From: an uncultured Acidimicrobiia bacterium
Lineage (GTDB): Bacteria > Actinomycetota > Acidimicrobiia > Acidimicrobiales > JACDCH01
Direction of reading: 5' to 3'
Assembly (NCBI GenBank): GCA_963721305.1
Contig: CAVRIR010000006.1
Coordinates: forward strand, 119,224 to 183,223
Length of the DNA stretch: 64,000 nucleotides
The notes under the pieces are model-generated. The model did no database searches and was not told where the DNA came from. It worked only from the letters and a program-made list of their open reading frames with translations. Of the stretch, positions 9,131-18,556 are shown piece by piece. Both the position numbers and the translations under genes were made by a program. Numbering within the stretch: the first letter of the stretch is position 1; each line of letters opens with the position of its first letter.

Positions 9131-10776
9131 CCGACGAACATCTGGACCCTCGACGCTGGGTCACGCTCGGAATCATCATCATCTCGCTCGTGATCGTGGT
9201 GCTCGACACAACGGTGCTCAACGTGGCCATCCCGACGATCCTGCGTGAGCTGCACACCGAGCTACCCACCCTGCAATGGGTTCTCACCGGATACTCACTC
9301 ACGTTCGCGACCTGCCTCATCATCGGCGGCAGGCTCGGCGACGTGTTCGGCGCTCGGCGCATGTTCATCATCGGCGCGGCACTCTTCGGTGTGGGATCGC
9401 TACTCGCGTCGCGGGCGCAGTCGGTCGACACCTTGATCGTCGGAGAGGCCATCATCGAAGGCATCGGCGCGTCGCTCATGATGCCGGCGACGCTCGCGAT
9501 CCTGTCGACCACGTTCGAGGGTGCCGAACGGGCGAAGGCATTCGCGATCTGGGGCGCTGCGTCCGGTGTTGCGGTGGCGTTCGGTCCCGTGGTGGGCGGC
9601 TTCCTCACCACGAACTACTCCTGGCGGTGGGCGTTCCGCATCAACGTGATCGTCGCTCCCTTGGCCGTGCTCGGCGCCATGTTGTTCATACGCCGCCCGC
9701 CGAAGACGGAACACCGACCGCGAGTCGACGTGCCAGGCGCGTTGTTGATCGGCTCGGGCACGTTTTGCGTCGTGTTCGCGTTGAGCGAGGCGGCCATCTA
9801 CGGGTGGATCCGACCATTGCAGGACTTCACCGTCGGCTCACTCGACATCTGGCCCGCGTCGCGGCCGTTTTCGATCGTCGTCCCGATGCTGATGCTCGCG
9901 GTTTTGTTGCTCGGCGCCTTCGTGGTCCTCGAACGACACAAGGAGCGCACCGGATCCGACCCGCTGTTCGAGCTCAGCCAACTCCGCTTCTTGAGCTTCC
10001 GCTACGGGCTGGTCACCACCGCGGTCCTCGCCATGGGACAGCTCGGCTTCCTGTTCGTGCTGCCCGTGTTGCTGCAGGACGGCGCGCAACATCTGTCCGC
10101 CGTCGAGACCGGTCTGTGGCTCGTGCCATCTGGCGTGTCCATCGCCATCGGTGCGCAGATCGGCGGACGGCTGACCCGGGTGGTGAACACCACGATCGTC
10201 GTGCGCATCGGCCTCGCGACCGAAGCCATGGGGCTCCTGCTCATCGCGGCTGCCGTGTCGCGGTCGATCACGTTCCTCACCCTGCTGCCCGGACTCGTGG
10301 TCTTCAGCCTGGGGCTCGGCTTCGCCAGCTCACAGCTCACCAACGTCGTGCTGAGCGAGATCGAGAAACAGCACGCGGGCGCGGCAAGCGGTGCCAACAC
10401 CACCGTGCGTCAAATCGGCGCCGCACTCGGCATCGCCGTGATCGGCACGCTGCTGAGCACCCAGATGCTGCGTCATGCAACCGACGCGATTCGCAGCTCG
10501 ACGCTCGGAACCGATGTGAAGGCACGAGCGCTCGGCCAGTTGCACGCGTCCGGTGTGGGCTTCGTCCCGCCGCCGTCGCTCACCCATGCGATCGAGAACG
10601 CGGTCGCGTCAGGCGCCCGGCCCGCGTTGTTGTTCGCGTCCTTCGTCGTCACCTGCGGCGCACTGCTCTCGTTCCTCATCCCCCACGTCGACCCGGTGGT
10701 GCCGAAGCGTGCCCAGTTCACCGAATCCCTTGTGATCGATGAACCGCTCGACGTCGAGCCCTCCCTGATCGACTGA
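9127..10776 (+). CDS. MFS transporter, DHA2 (EmrB/QacA-like, 14-TMS) drug:H+ antiporter type
   Basis: 549 aa and highly hydrophobic. 'LDTTVLNVAIPTI', 'GGRLGDVFGARRMF' (motif A-like) and its length fit the 14-TMS DHA2 family. It is translationally coupled to the TetR gene. Confidence 0.85.
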   Translation: MTDEHLDPRRWVTLGIIIISLVIVVLDTTVLNVAIPTILRELHTELPTLQWVLTGYSLTFATCLIIGGRLGDVFGARRMFIIGAALFGVGSLLASRAQSVDTLIVGEAIIEGIGASLMMPATLAILSTTFEGAERAKAFAIWGAASGVAVAFGPVVGGFLTTNYSWRWAFRINVIVAPLAVLGAMLFIRRPPKTEHRPRVDVPGALLIGSGTFCVVFALSEAAIYGWIRPLQDFTVGSLDIWPASRPFSIVVPMLMLAVLLLGAFVVLERHKERTGSDPLFELSQLRFLSFRYGLVTTAVLAMGQLGFLFVLPVLLQDGAQHLSAVETGLWLVPSGVSIAIGAQIGGRLTRVVNTTIVVRIGLATEAMGLLLIAAAVSRSITFLTLLPGLVVFSLGLGFASSQLTNVVLSEIEKQHAGAASGANTTVRQIGAALGIAVIGTLLSTQMLRHATDAIRSSTLGTDVKARALGQLHASGVGFVPPPSLTHAIENAVASGARPALLFASFVVTCGALLSFLIPHVDPVVPKRAQFTESLVIDEPLDVEPSLID

Positions 10777-10813
10777 AAGCAACCGCGAGTCACGCCGCTC
10801 TTCCGGCCATGCG

Positions 10814-11998
10814 CTATGGCAGTGCGGTGTAGGTGCTCGTCCAGAAGTCCTGGTGGATCGGTGGGAGCCACGGACCGCTGAAGAGCTGGTTGGTGAGCAG
10901 GATGCCGATCAGTCCTTCGACTGGATCGTTGGCCCACGACGTGCCCATGCCACCGGTCCACGAGTAAGTACCGGGCGACTCGGCGATGTGCGTCTTGCGT
11001 CGTACGACGCCCACTCCGAAGCCCCAACCGAGCGCGCCGGTGGGGTCGGGGCCGGCCTGTAGCGAGCCGTCGACGGCATAGAGCTGGTCGGTCGTCATCG
11101 CTGCCACTGACGAGCGCGACAGGATCGGGCCCCCGCCGTCCAGCAGCGCCTGCGCGAAGGCGAGGTAGTCGTCGAGGGTGGAGACGAGCCCGCCAGCGCC
11201 GGACTCGAAGGCCGGCCTCGCCGCCCAGCCACCATCGGTGGGGTCGAACATCGCACCAGGCTCCGGTGCCCAAGCCGATGGCAGGTACGAGGGGCCGAAG
11301 CGCCCCATCGACACAGCCGCCACGCGGAAGGCCGTGTCACGCATGCCGAGCGGCCCGAAGATCCGCTCCTGCAGCACGTCGCCGAAACGCTTGCCTGCGG
11401 CCCGCTCCACCACGACCCCGAGGACATCGGAGCCCATGTTGTAGAGCCACTTCTCACCGGGCTGCTGATCGAGCGGGAATCGCCCGAGCACGGCCACGAA
11501 CTCGTCGGGCGATGGGGTCTTCGACGGCTGCGGCGGCCCGACCTCGATGCCCATCGCCGCGGCCATGGCGCCGGGCAGGGTCTGACCCTCCCAATCGGCG
11601 AAGTCCATGCCCCAACCGAGGCGGAACGTGAGGGCGTCGTGCACCGTCGGTTGCCGAGCCGCAGGCACGGTGTCGTCGACAGATCCCTTCGGGTCGATCA
11701 TCACTCTGCGGTCGGCGAGCTCGGGAAGCCAGCGGTCGAGCGGATCATCGAGGCGCAGCACGCAGTCCTCAGCCAAGGCGAGCACCGCGGCCGCCGTGAC
11801 CGGCTTGGTCATCGACGCGATGCGGAAGATGCTGTCGCGCTGTACGGGCGCCGACCCGTCGAGTGTGCCGGCGACGCCGGCGTGCACCTCGCCGTCGCGC
11901 GCCATCAGCCATGCTGCTCCCGGTACCCCGTCCGCCGCCACGTGACTGGCGACCAGTTCGTCGAGTCGATCCAGCCCGTCCTTCGACCATGCGCTCAT
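10814..11998 (-). CDS. Serine hydrolase (beta-lactamase/PBP4*-like, class C fold)
   Basis: ATG 11998 (MSAWSKDGLDRL...) is preceded by AGGAGG. The SxxK nucleophile motif 'FRIASMTKPVTAAAVLAL' is present, and the ~394-aa length fits. Confidence 0.8.
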   Translation of the reverse strand: MSAWSKDGLDRLDELVASHVAADGVPGAAWLMARDGEVHAGVAGTLDGSAPVQRDSIFRIASMTKPVTAAAVLALAEDCVLRLDDPLDRWLPELADRRVMIDPKGSVDDTVPAARQPTVHDALTFRLGWGMDFADWEGQTLPGAMAAAMGIEVGPPQPSKTPSPDEFVAVLGRFPLDQQPGEKWLYNMGSDVLGVVVERAAGKRFGDVLQERIFGPLGMRDTAFRVAAVSMGRFGPSYLPSAWAPEPGAMFDPTDGGWAARPAFESGAGGLVSTLDDYLAFAQALLDGGGPILSRSSVAAMTTDQLYAVDGSLQAGPDPTGALGWGFGVGVVRRKTHIAESPGTYSWTGGMGTSWANDPVEGLIGILLTNQLFSGPWLPPIHQDFWTSTYTALP

Positions 11999-12056
11999 CT
12001 CGACCTCCTGTTCGGCCCGCATCCTGTCGACTTCAGACGACTTCACAGGTTCGGAC

Positions 12057-12458
12057 TCATCGGTATGCGCTGCCCGAATCGGGTTCGTGCGGATCATCTG
12101 TGCTGGTGCCCGGTCTGATCGAACGGTCAGCGGCGTGTGCCAGTTCCGCGAGGTGCTTGATCACTCGCAGTCGGCGGTCCCAGCGGTTGGCGACTTCGGA
12201 CAATGCGTCGGCTGCTTCGGCGAGACGTTGTTCGCGGACCTCGTAACGGACCTCGCGTCCTTGTCGGTGTCCGTCGATGAGTCCGACTCGTTGCAGGAGC
12301 GATAGGTGTTTGGAGATCGCTTGTCGACTGACGGGCATGTCCGCTGTGAGGGTTGTCGCTGTGGCCTGACCGCCGGCAACGAGGAGATCGAGCAGTTTGC
12401 GGCGAGTCGGATCCGCCATCGCTTCCCAGAGGTCGTCATCATCGGCTGCGGGGTTCAT
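12057..12458 (-). CDS. ArsR/SmtB-family transcriptional regulator
   Basis: ATG 12458. The winged-HTH sequence is 'LWEAMADPTRRKLLDLLVAGGQATATTLTADMPVSRQAISKHLSLLQRVGLI'. Its start overlaps the stop of the upstream SRPBCC gene by 4 nt. Confidence 0.8.
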   Translation of the reverse strand: MNPAADDDDLWEAMADPTRRKLLDLLVAGGQATATTLTADMPVSRQAISKHLSLLQRVGLIDGHRQGREVRYEVREQRLAEAADALSEVANRWDRRLRVIKHLAELAHAADRSIRPGTSTDDPHEPDSGSAYR

Positions 12459-12922
12459 GGTGAAGATGAGTGTCCGGACACAAAGAGGTCCCGCAAGCGG
12501 TCTCCCTGGACTTGCCAACCGTGACGGTGCTCTTCGAGGAACTTCTGCTTCTTCTCGTCGGGCATGTCCATTCGGTCGAGGCCGGTTTCGACAACGCGCA
12601 GTCGGGTCCGCTCGTCGCCGTCGGCGACAAGCGTGAAGGTGACGAGCGTCGAGTTGGCTTCCGTGGCGCGTTCGCCGGGCGGATACACCCACCGATACGA
12701 GAAACGGTGCGGACGGTCGGCGGCGACAACCGTGATGCCGACGACGTTGGGCGCGTCGGTGTCTGCGCGGAACGTGAGCGAGCCGACCGCTCCCGGTCGC
12801 GCTTCGACGTCGGCCGCATCGCTGAACCATGTGCGGATCAGTTCCGGTTCGGTGATCGTGCGCCACACGACCTCGACCGGCGCGTCGATCTCGATGTCGC
12901 GTTCGATCGTGTAGCTGTTCAT
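12455..12922 (-). CDS. SRPBCC (Aha1/AHSA1-like) domain protein
   Basis: ATG 12922. 'YTIERDIEIDAPVEVVWRTITEPELIRTWF' is the typical SRPBCC N-terminus. This is a common partner of ArsR regulators in actinobacteria. Confidence 0.8.
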   Translation of the reverse strand: MNSYTIERDIEIDAPVEVVWRTITEPELIRTWFSDAADVEARPGAVGSLTFRADTDAPNVVGITVVAADRPHRFSYRWVYPPGERATEANSTLVTFTLVADGDERTRLRVVETGLDRMDMPDEKKQKFLEEHRHGWQVQGDRLRDLFVSGHSSSP

Positions 12923-12966
12923 CGGTCCAGTCTCATGAGGAGGTCGGGTACGGAGCTTCGTCCGGA

Positions 12967-13452
12967 TCAACGCGACGTGTCGCGAGGCTCGTTCGGTCGG
13001 CCTTCGCCGGTCTCGAGGAACTGGTGCAGGCTGGGCATGAAGTGATTCCAGCCGGCACGGCACTGGTCGAAGCACTCCAGCGCGGGTCGCAACCCGACGT
13101 GGCGGAACAGGATGGAGCAGGTTCCGTCGTCGCCCGGTTGCACCAAGAACGAGGGCTTCGTCCCGACCCAGTCGGCCATGACCGCGCAGTCCGTCACCGT
13201 CCAGGTGACTTCCCCCTTCCCCGGCGTGTGCTCGAGCGTGAAGTTGACGAACGGAGCCCCGTCGCCAATGAACAGCTGCACCTCGTCGCCGTCACGGGCA
13301 GACCCCGTCGCGGCTGTCCACCACCGGCTGATCACGGTGTCGTCGGTGAGGGCCTCGATCACTTTCGGCAGCGGAGCGCGCACCCGCATGTCGTAGGCGT
13401 AGTCGTCCGAGGCGGCGCTGACGGAAGGCGCTGAAGATGAACGTGTGGTCAT
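12967..13452 (-). CDS. SRPBCC domain protein
   Basis: ATG 13452 (MTTRSSSAP...). 'MRVRAPLPKVIEALTDDTVISRWW' plus the C-terminal helix region 'GWNHFMPSLHQFLETG'. It is the first gene of a three-gene minus-strand operon ending in arsR. Confidence 0.7.
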   Translation of the reverse strand: MTTRSSSAPSVSAASDDYAYDMRVRAPLPKVIEALTDDTVISRWWTAATGSARDGDEVQLFIGDGAPFVNFTLEHTPGKGEVTWTVTDCAVMADWVGTKPSFLVQPGDDGTCSILFRHVGLRPALECFDQCRAGWNHFMPSLHQFLETGEGRPNEPRDTSR

Positions 13453-13488
13453 GATGTCCCCTTGTCTCGTTCGGTCGGGGGTGTCCTC

Positions 13489-13513
13489 GACGTGCAACCA
13501 ATGATTGCACGTC
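13489..13513. promoter_or_regulatory. Perfect 9-bp inverted repeat, candidate ArsR-type operator
   Basis: GACGTGCAA-ccaatga-TTGCACGTC lies 37-61 nt upstream of the SRPBCC-SRPBCC-arsR operon start codon (13452). A second, related 6-bp IR, CGCAAC-cttta-GTTGCG, sits at 13525-13541. Confidence 0.4.
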
Positions 13514-13755
13514 AGCTCTCAACGCGCAACCTTTAGTTGCGTATTATCCGGCGTCCTCTTGTGCGGGTGCGTTGTCGGGACGCAAGGCGGACTGACGGAT
13601 GACGGCTGTCCCGGTCGTGGGACCGCGATGTCGTGCGGATCTTCGCCACTGTCGACCACTCGGCCGCGACTCGACTGGCCCGCTTGACGGACTACGGTGC
13701 GCCGAGTCCACTCTGGGTGGTCGCTGGGAACCGAGACGAGGGAGAGATTCGGGCA

Positions 13756-14925
13756 ATGGGAAGTACTTTGAGGCGCATAGGCGCGCTCGCCGCCGGCGCA
13801 GCGTTGATGATGGGTGGGGTCGTGGCGACGGCGAGCGCCGCCGGTGCGACGCCTTCTTCGTCGGGCGTGGTCGTGGTCGCGCAGCAAACCGGATCGGACA
13901 GCGCGGGATGTGGTGCACCGTCGTCGCCGTGCAAGACGATCACCACGGGCATCAGCCACGCGCATCCCGGCGACATCGTGCTGGTGGGACGGGGTACGTA
14001 TCACGAGCAGGTCGTGGTTCCGATCCGACTGCGGTTGGTCGGTGCCGGCGCGACGGTCGACGCGACCGGTCTGAGTCAGGGGTCGGGTCTGTCGATGAAT
14101 GCGGCCGCCGTTCTGGTTCTGTCCAGCGGCAGCGGCTCGTCCATCGAGGGCTTCCGAATCACTGGTGCCTTCGGTGAAGGCCTCCTCGTGCTGTCGGCGA
14201 GCAATGTGACGGTGGCGAACAACACGGTGACTGGCAACGACGTCGGCACCCCGCAGACCACCGGGTACTTCGAGTGTCAGGCACAGGGTGAGGTCCCCGG
14301 CGACTGTGGTGAAGGGATCCATCTGATGAGTGCCACGCACAGCGTGGTGATCGGCAATCAGTCGACGGGCAACTCGGGCGGCGTCCTCGTCACCGACGAG
14401 TTCGGGCCGGCAACGGGTAACTGGATCGTCGCCAACGACGTTTCCAACAACCTCTTCGACTGCGGGATCACGCTTCCGTCGCACAGCGCGGTTGCACTCG
14501 ACCAGAACGGGGTTCGCCAGCCAGCACTCGGCGGGGTCTACGGCAACGTGATTGCTCTCAACCGGATCGTGGGCAACGGCGTTCTGGGTGAGGGAGCCGG
14601 TGTGCTGTTCGCGGCGGCACAGCCGGGGAGCGCCTCCTACAACAACGTGGTCACGGCCAACTCCATCTCCGGCAACAACCTGGCGGGTGTGACGATGCAC
14701 GCGCATGCGCCGAACCAGGACATCAGTGGCAACAGCGTTACGTTCAACGACATCGGGACGAACAACCTCGGAGGCGATCCGGACGCTGGCGTTTCCGCTA
14801 CCACTGGCGTACTGGTCTTCTCCGCCGTCCCGTCGGTCAAGGTCTCGGTCACCATCAGCCACAACTTGATTCACGGCAACGTCAACCCGATCTGGACCTC
14901 GTCCAACGTGACCGTCATCGGCTGA
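13756..14925 (+). CDS. Secreted right-handed parallel beta-helix repeat protein (NosD/pectate-lyase-fold-like)
   Basis: ATG 13756 is followed by signal peptide 'MGSTLRRIGALAAGAALMMGGVVATASAAG'. Then come repeated 'N.v.gN..G' beta-helix rungs ('VANNTVTGNDVG', 'VIGNQSTGNSGG', 'IVANDVSNN', 'LNRIVGNGVLGEGAG', 'ANSISGNNLAGV'). Confidence 0.75.
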   Translation: MGSTLRRIGALAAGAALMMGGVVATASAAGATPSSSGVVVVAQQTGSDSAGCGAPSSPCKTITTGISHAHPGDIVLVGRGTYHEQVVVPIRLRLVGAGATVDATGLSQGSGLSMNAAAVLVLSSGSGSSIEGFRITGAFGEGLLVLSASNVTVANNTVTGNDVGTPQTTGYFECQAQGEVPGDCGEGIHLMSATHSVVIGNQSTGNSGGVLVTDEFGPATGNWIVANDVSNNLFDCGITLPSHSAVALDQNGVRQPALGGVYGNVIALNRIVGNGVLGEGAGVLFAAAQPGSASYNNVVTANSISGNNLAGVTMHAHAPNQDISGNSVTFNDIGTNNLGGDPDAGVSATTGVLVFSAVPSVKVSVTISHNLIHGNVNPIWTSSNVTVIG

Positions 14926-14952
14926 CAGGCACCGTCCCCTCATCAACGAGAG

Positions 14953-14991
14953 GGCGCGCCGACCAACCGGTCGGCGCGCCTTCGTCGTTTT
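14953..14991 (+). terminator. Rho-independent terminator downstream of the beta-helix gene
   Basis: Perfect 12-bp GC-rich stem GGCGCGCCGACC-aacc-GGTCGGCGCGCC (14953-14980), followed by the T-rich tail ttcgtcgtttt. Confidence 0.6.
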
Positions 14992-15054
14992 CACAGCACG
15001 TCGCCCCACGAGCTGATCAGGAGCTGTCGAGCGGTGCGCCTTCGTCTTGGACGA

Positions 15055-15801
15055 TTAGTTCGTACCGGTGGGTTCGTCGAGCGCCCAGAGCCTGATGCCG
15101 CCGAGGATGCCGGCGGCGTTGTCGACGAGTTCGACCCGATGCCCGAGATCGACGGTGAGCTTCTTGGCGTTGCCGCCGCCGACGTAGAGCCGGTCGATGT
15201 GCAAGAGCGCGTCGAACATCTCGACGGCCTCGAGGACTCGTTTGCTCCATCGACGGTTGCCGATCCGGCGGCGCGTGCGGTTCCCGAGTTGGTCCTGGAA
15301 GGTGCCGCTTCCTTGGAACGGCATGAGAGCCAGTTCGAGGTGCGGCGTCGGTGCACCGTCAAGGAACACGGCCGTGCCGAGGCCGGTTCCGAGCGTGAGC
15401 ACCAGCTCGAGCCCTTTGCCGCCGATGACGGCGAGGCCCTGCATGTCGGCGTCGTTGCACAGCCGGGTTGGCTTCCCCAGTCGGCCCTCGAGTTCAGCGG
15501 CCAACGGGAAACCTGCCCACGCATCGACCAGCTTGCGTGACAGGGCCGTGCCCGGCCCAGCCTTCGTCGACAGGTTCGGTGCCGTGAGCACTCGGCCGTC
15601 TCGGACAAACCCTGGAAAGCCGACCGACACGCGATCCCACGGCGGCAACTCGTGCGTGAGTCCGTCGAGCGCGCGGATCAGCACACGTGGCGGGCACGGG
15701 TAAGGGGTCTTGGTACGAACCCGCTCAACGATCTTCGCGCCGTCGGGGTCCAGAACCGATGCCTTCAAGCCGGTACCGCCGATGTCGATCGCGAGGGTCA
15801 T
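15055..15801 (-). CDS. ROK-family sugar kinase (polyphosphate/ATP-glucokinase-like)
   Basis: ATG 15801. 'LAIDIGGTGLKASVLD' is the ATPase phosphate-1 motif. 'NDADMQGLA', 'LTLGTGLGTAV' and the ~248-aa size match small actinobacterial ROK glucokinases. Confidence 0.8.
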   Translation of the reverse strand: MTLAIDIGGTGLKASVLDPDGAKIVERVRTKTPYPCPPRVLIRALDGLTHELPPWDRVSVGFPGFVRDGRVLTAPNLSTKAGPGTALSRKLVDAWAGFPLAAELEGRLGKPTRLCNDADMQGLAVIGGKGLELVLTLGTGLGTAVFLDGAPTPHLELALMPFQGSGTFQDQLGNRTRRRIGNRRWSKRVLEAVEMFDALLHIDRLYVGGGNAKKLTVDLGHRVELVDNAAGILGGIRLWALDEPTGTN

Positions 15802-15927
15802 CGGACTTGCGGACAGCGTCACTGCGGGTCCCCGATCTCCCCCATCCATACCCGCATCTTGCCCGATGGCGGGCGACGGTATCGAAACACGTTTCGCGCG
15901 TTCCGGCGCGGCCGCCCGAACGCTCGG

Positions 15928-16681
15928 TCATGGCTTGACAGCCACGACGAGTGTGCGGCTCGAGGACGTTTCAAACCGGCCATCGCGTTCGAGGAGATGG
16001 TGAAGTTCTCGGAGCCGGGAGCGGTAGGCGGAGACGGTGAAGTCAGGCACGATCCAGGGGACCAGCCGGAGGAAGTAGACCACCGCGCCGATGTCGTAGA
16101 AGACAATCGGCGGCTGCTCGACGCGCATGTCCCGTATCTCGAGCCCCGCGTCTTGCTGCTGCTCTGCTTTCGGCCGACGGATCGCGACGTGAGCCCTCCG
16201 GAAGCGGGCCCATCAAGAACTCGCTGAGGTCTTGAAGAGTCCGTGGACCCACATGTTGCGCGAAGTACACGCCTCCCGATCGCAGCACGCGCGCGATCTC
16301 GGCCCACCAGACATCGACGGGATGGCGACTGATCACGAGTTCGAACGAGTCGGCGGCGAATGGCAACCCCACTCGAGTCTGCGACGTCACGACCAGGTGC
16401 ACGTCCCGATCACGCAGTCGTCGGGCAGCAGCGGCGACGCTCGCCGGGAAGCCCTCGGTGGCCACCGCCATCGGCGGCACTCGAGGTAGCCGGCCGATCA
16501 TCGATCCGGTCCCAGCCTGGAGTTCGAGCACGTTCGACGCCAGTGCGGTGCGTTGCGCTACCAGATCGAAGTACCGCCAGCTTGGCCTCTGCTCCGTGGC
16601 ACGACCGTCAAGCCAACCAAAGTCCCAACTGTCAACCCGCGCTTGTTCGGCCTCCTCGACCAGCGTCGCGAAACCCGACAT
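15928..16681 (-). pseudogene. Class I SAM-dependent methyltransferase, interrupted by one frameshift
   Basis: The N-terminal 2/3 lies in ORF 16043..16681 ('VLELQAGTGSMIG', 'FELVISRHP', 'VLRSGGVYFAQHVG'). The conserved C-terminus ('AGLEIRDMRVEQPPIVFYDIGAVVYFLRLVPWIVPDFTV') lies in the frame of ORF 15928..16128. The frames must be joined by a 1-nt indel between ~16160 and 16195. Confidence 0.7.
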
Positions 16682-16840
16682 CGGCTACATCGTGTCCGAC
16701 ACGGCATCGCGAGAACGAAGCCTCTTTGGCGTCAAGAGGTGATCGCGGGCGCGTCAGTCTCGACTCGAGACCGGGAACCCAAACGGGGAGCAGAGGCCCC
16801 GCTGCTTCACCACATCACGGATGTGTGGGTGTTCGTTCCG

Positions 16841-18241
16841 CTACAGCCCGACGACGGTGACCGGGGAGTCCGTAGGAAGGTTGTCTCCCGATCCGAGCTG
16901 CCCGAACTCGTTGTCGCCCCAGCACTTGACGACCCCGCTCGAGACGTAAGCGCAGGTGTAATAGCCCCCGCTGGCGACCGCGATGACATCGGTCATCCCG
17001 GTGACCGTCAGGGGCGTGAAACCGTCTTGGACCGAACCGTTGCCCATCTGCCCGAAGGCGCCGTAGCCCCAGCACTTCACAGCGGCTCCGTCCACGATCG
17101 CACATGTGTGTTGCCAGCCGGCGGCGATGACTCGCGCGCCGGTGAGCCCGCTGACGGTGTGCTTGCTCAGATCACTGGTCATCGTGCCGTCGCCGTATTG
17201 GCCCGACTGATTTGCACCCCAGCACTTCACGATGCCGCCTGGTAGCCGCGCACAGGTGTGATCGAGACCTGCACTCACGGCCGTGGCGCCCGTGATCCCC
17301 GTCGCGGAAACCGGCGACGCCGAGAACGTCGTGGTGCCGTCGCCCAACTGGCCATACTCGTTGTTGCCCCAGCACTTCACCGCACCAGCACTCACAACCG
17401 CGCACGTGTACTGGAATCCGGAGTCGATGAAGGTCGCGCCGGTGGTGCCGCTGACCGTCGCCGGCAAGCTCATGCCGCCGCCCCAACACTTCACCGTGCC
17501 GCCCGACACCAGCGCACACGAATACCCGATGTTCTCGACCGTGATGGCGGTCGCATCACTGATGCCACTGACGGTCACCGGCGTCAGCGAGTTCGTGTTG
17601 TTGCCGTCGCCGAGTTCTCCGAAGAAGCCGTACCCCCAACACTTCACCGCGCCGCCGGTCAGGGCGCAGCTGTGGTTGTCGCCGACGGCAACGGCAGTCG
17701 CGCCGGTCAGCCCGGCGACCGCGACCGCCGATGTCGTGTCAGTCGTGTTCCCATCACCCAATTGGCCGAAGTCGTTCTGGCCCCAGCACTTCACGCCACC
17801 GCCCGACACCACCGCACACGTGTGGTCGTATGCCGTCGCGAGCAATGGACCGGGGACAACGGCATTCGACGTCGCTGATGACGCACTGTCGCCGAGCGCG
17901 TTGACGGCGTTGACAGTGAAGCTGTACTCAAGACCGTTGGTGAGTCCGCCGACGATCTGAGTCGTAGCGGTCGAGTTGAACACGACTCGTGGCTGTTCGA
18001 CCTGACCAACCCATGGCGTCACCACATAGGCCGTGATCGGTGCCGGGGCCGCCAGCGGTGGTTGCCACGACACCACCGCCCGACCATCACCCGCAGTCGC
18101 GGTACCGATGATCGGCGGCGGATCAGCGACACACCCCGACAAACCGAACGCACCCAGACCCACCGCCAACACGGCGAAACTCATCGGCCACCGCCGCGCT
18201 CCCCGCGACCCAACCAAACCCGACCAGCAAGCCTCGGCCAT
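16841..18241 (-). CDS. RCC1-repeat beta-propeller lipoprotein with N-terminal fibronectin type III domain
   Basis: Signal and lipobox '...RRWPMSFAVLAVGLGAFGLSGC', with start ATG 18241 (alternative 18184). The FN3-like segment is 'AVVSWQPP...YVVTP...GLTNGLEYSFTVNAVNALG'. There are seven RCC1 blades with 'VKCWG.N.FGQLGDG'. Confidence 0.8.
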   Translation of the reverse strand: MAEACWSGLVGSRGARRWPMSFAVLAVGLGAFGLSGCVADPPPIIGTATAGDGRAVVSWQPPLAAPAPITAYVVTPWVGQVEQPRVVFNSTATTQIVGGLTNGLEYSFTVNAVNALGDSASSATSNAVVPGPLLATAYDHTCAVVSGGGVKCWGQNDFGQLGDGNTTDTTSAVAVAGLTGATAVAVGDNHSCALTGGAVKCWGYGFFGELGDGNNTNSLTPVTVSGISDATAITVENIGYSCALVSGGTVKCWGGGMSLPATVSGTTGATFIDSGFQYTCAVVSAGAVKCWGNNEYGQLGDGTTTFSASPVSATGITGATAVSAGLDHTCARLPGGIVKCWGANQSGQYGDGTMTSDLSKHTVSGLTGARVIAAGWQHTCAIVDGAAVKCWGYGAFGQMGNGSVQDGFTPLTVTGMTDVIAVASGGYYTCAYVSSGVVKCWGDNEFGQLGSGDNLPTDSPVTVVGL

Positions 18242-18556
18242 CACGTGCAATTGGCCCATAGCAACCCCCCGCTCGACGTGGTGAACCTACTCCGGTGCCA
18301 CGGGGCCCCGCCCCGCCCAGGAGAGGCAGCTCAGTTGCTTGACCGCCCCGTCAACGGGCACTGGTTCGATCAACACGACGCGCGGGGCATCGGCTTTGGA
18401 GTTGGCAGAGCGAAGCAACGGGTCGTCTGGTCGAGCCACGACGTGTAGTCCGGTGAGCCTGGTCGGAGCGCGGCTGCCCGTCGCGGCCGAGATAGTCGAT
18501 GAGTTGATTCGGCTGCTCGTAACCGAGCGCGCCCTGAATGCTCGCTGTACCTTGCC

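Noticed and set aside
13519-15009. 496-aa minus-strand ORF covering the beta-helix gene region
   Set aside because: It is antisense to a gene with clear signal peptide and beta-helix rung periodicity. Its translation is Arg/His/Asp-rich low-complexity sequence ('RRRRRTGGARRRHDPTHHQR...'), typical of spurious antisense ORFs in GC-rich DNA.
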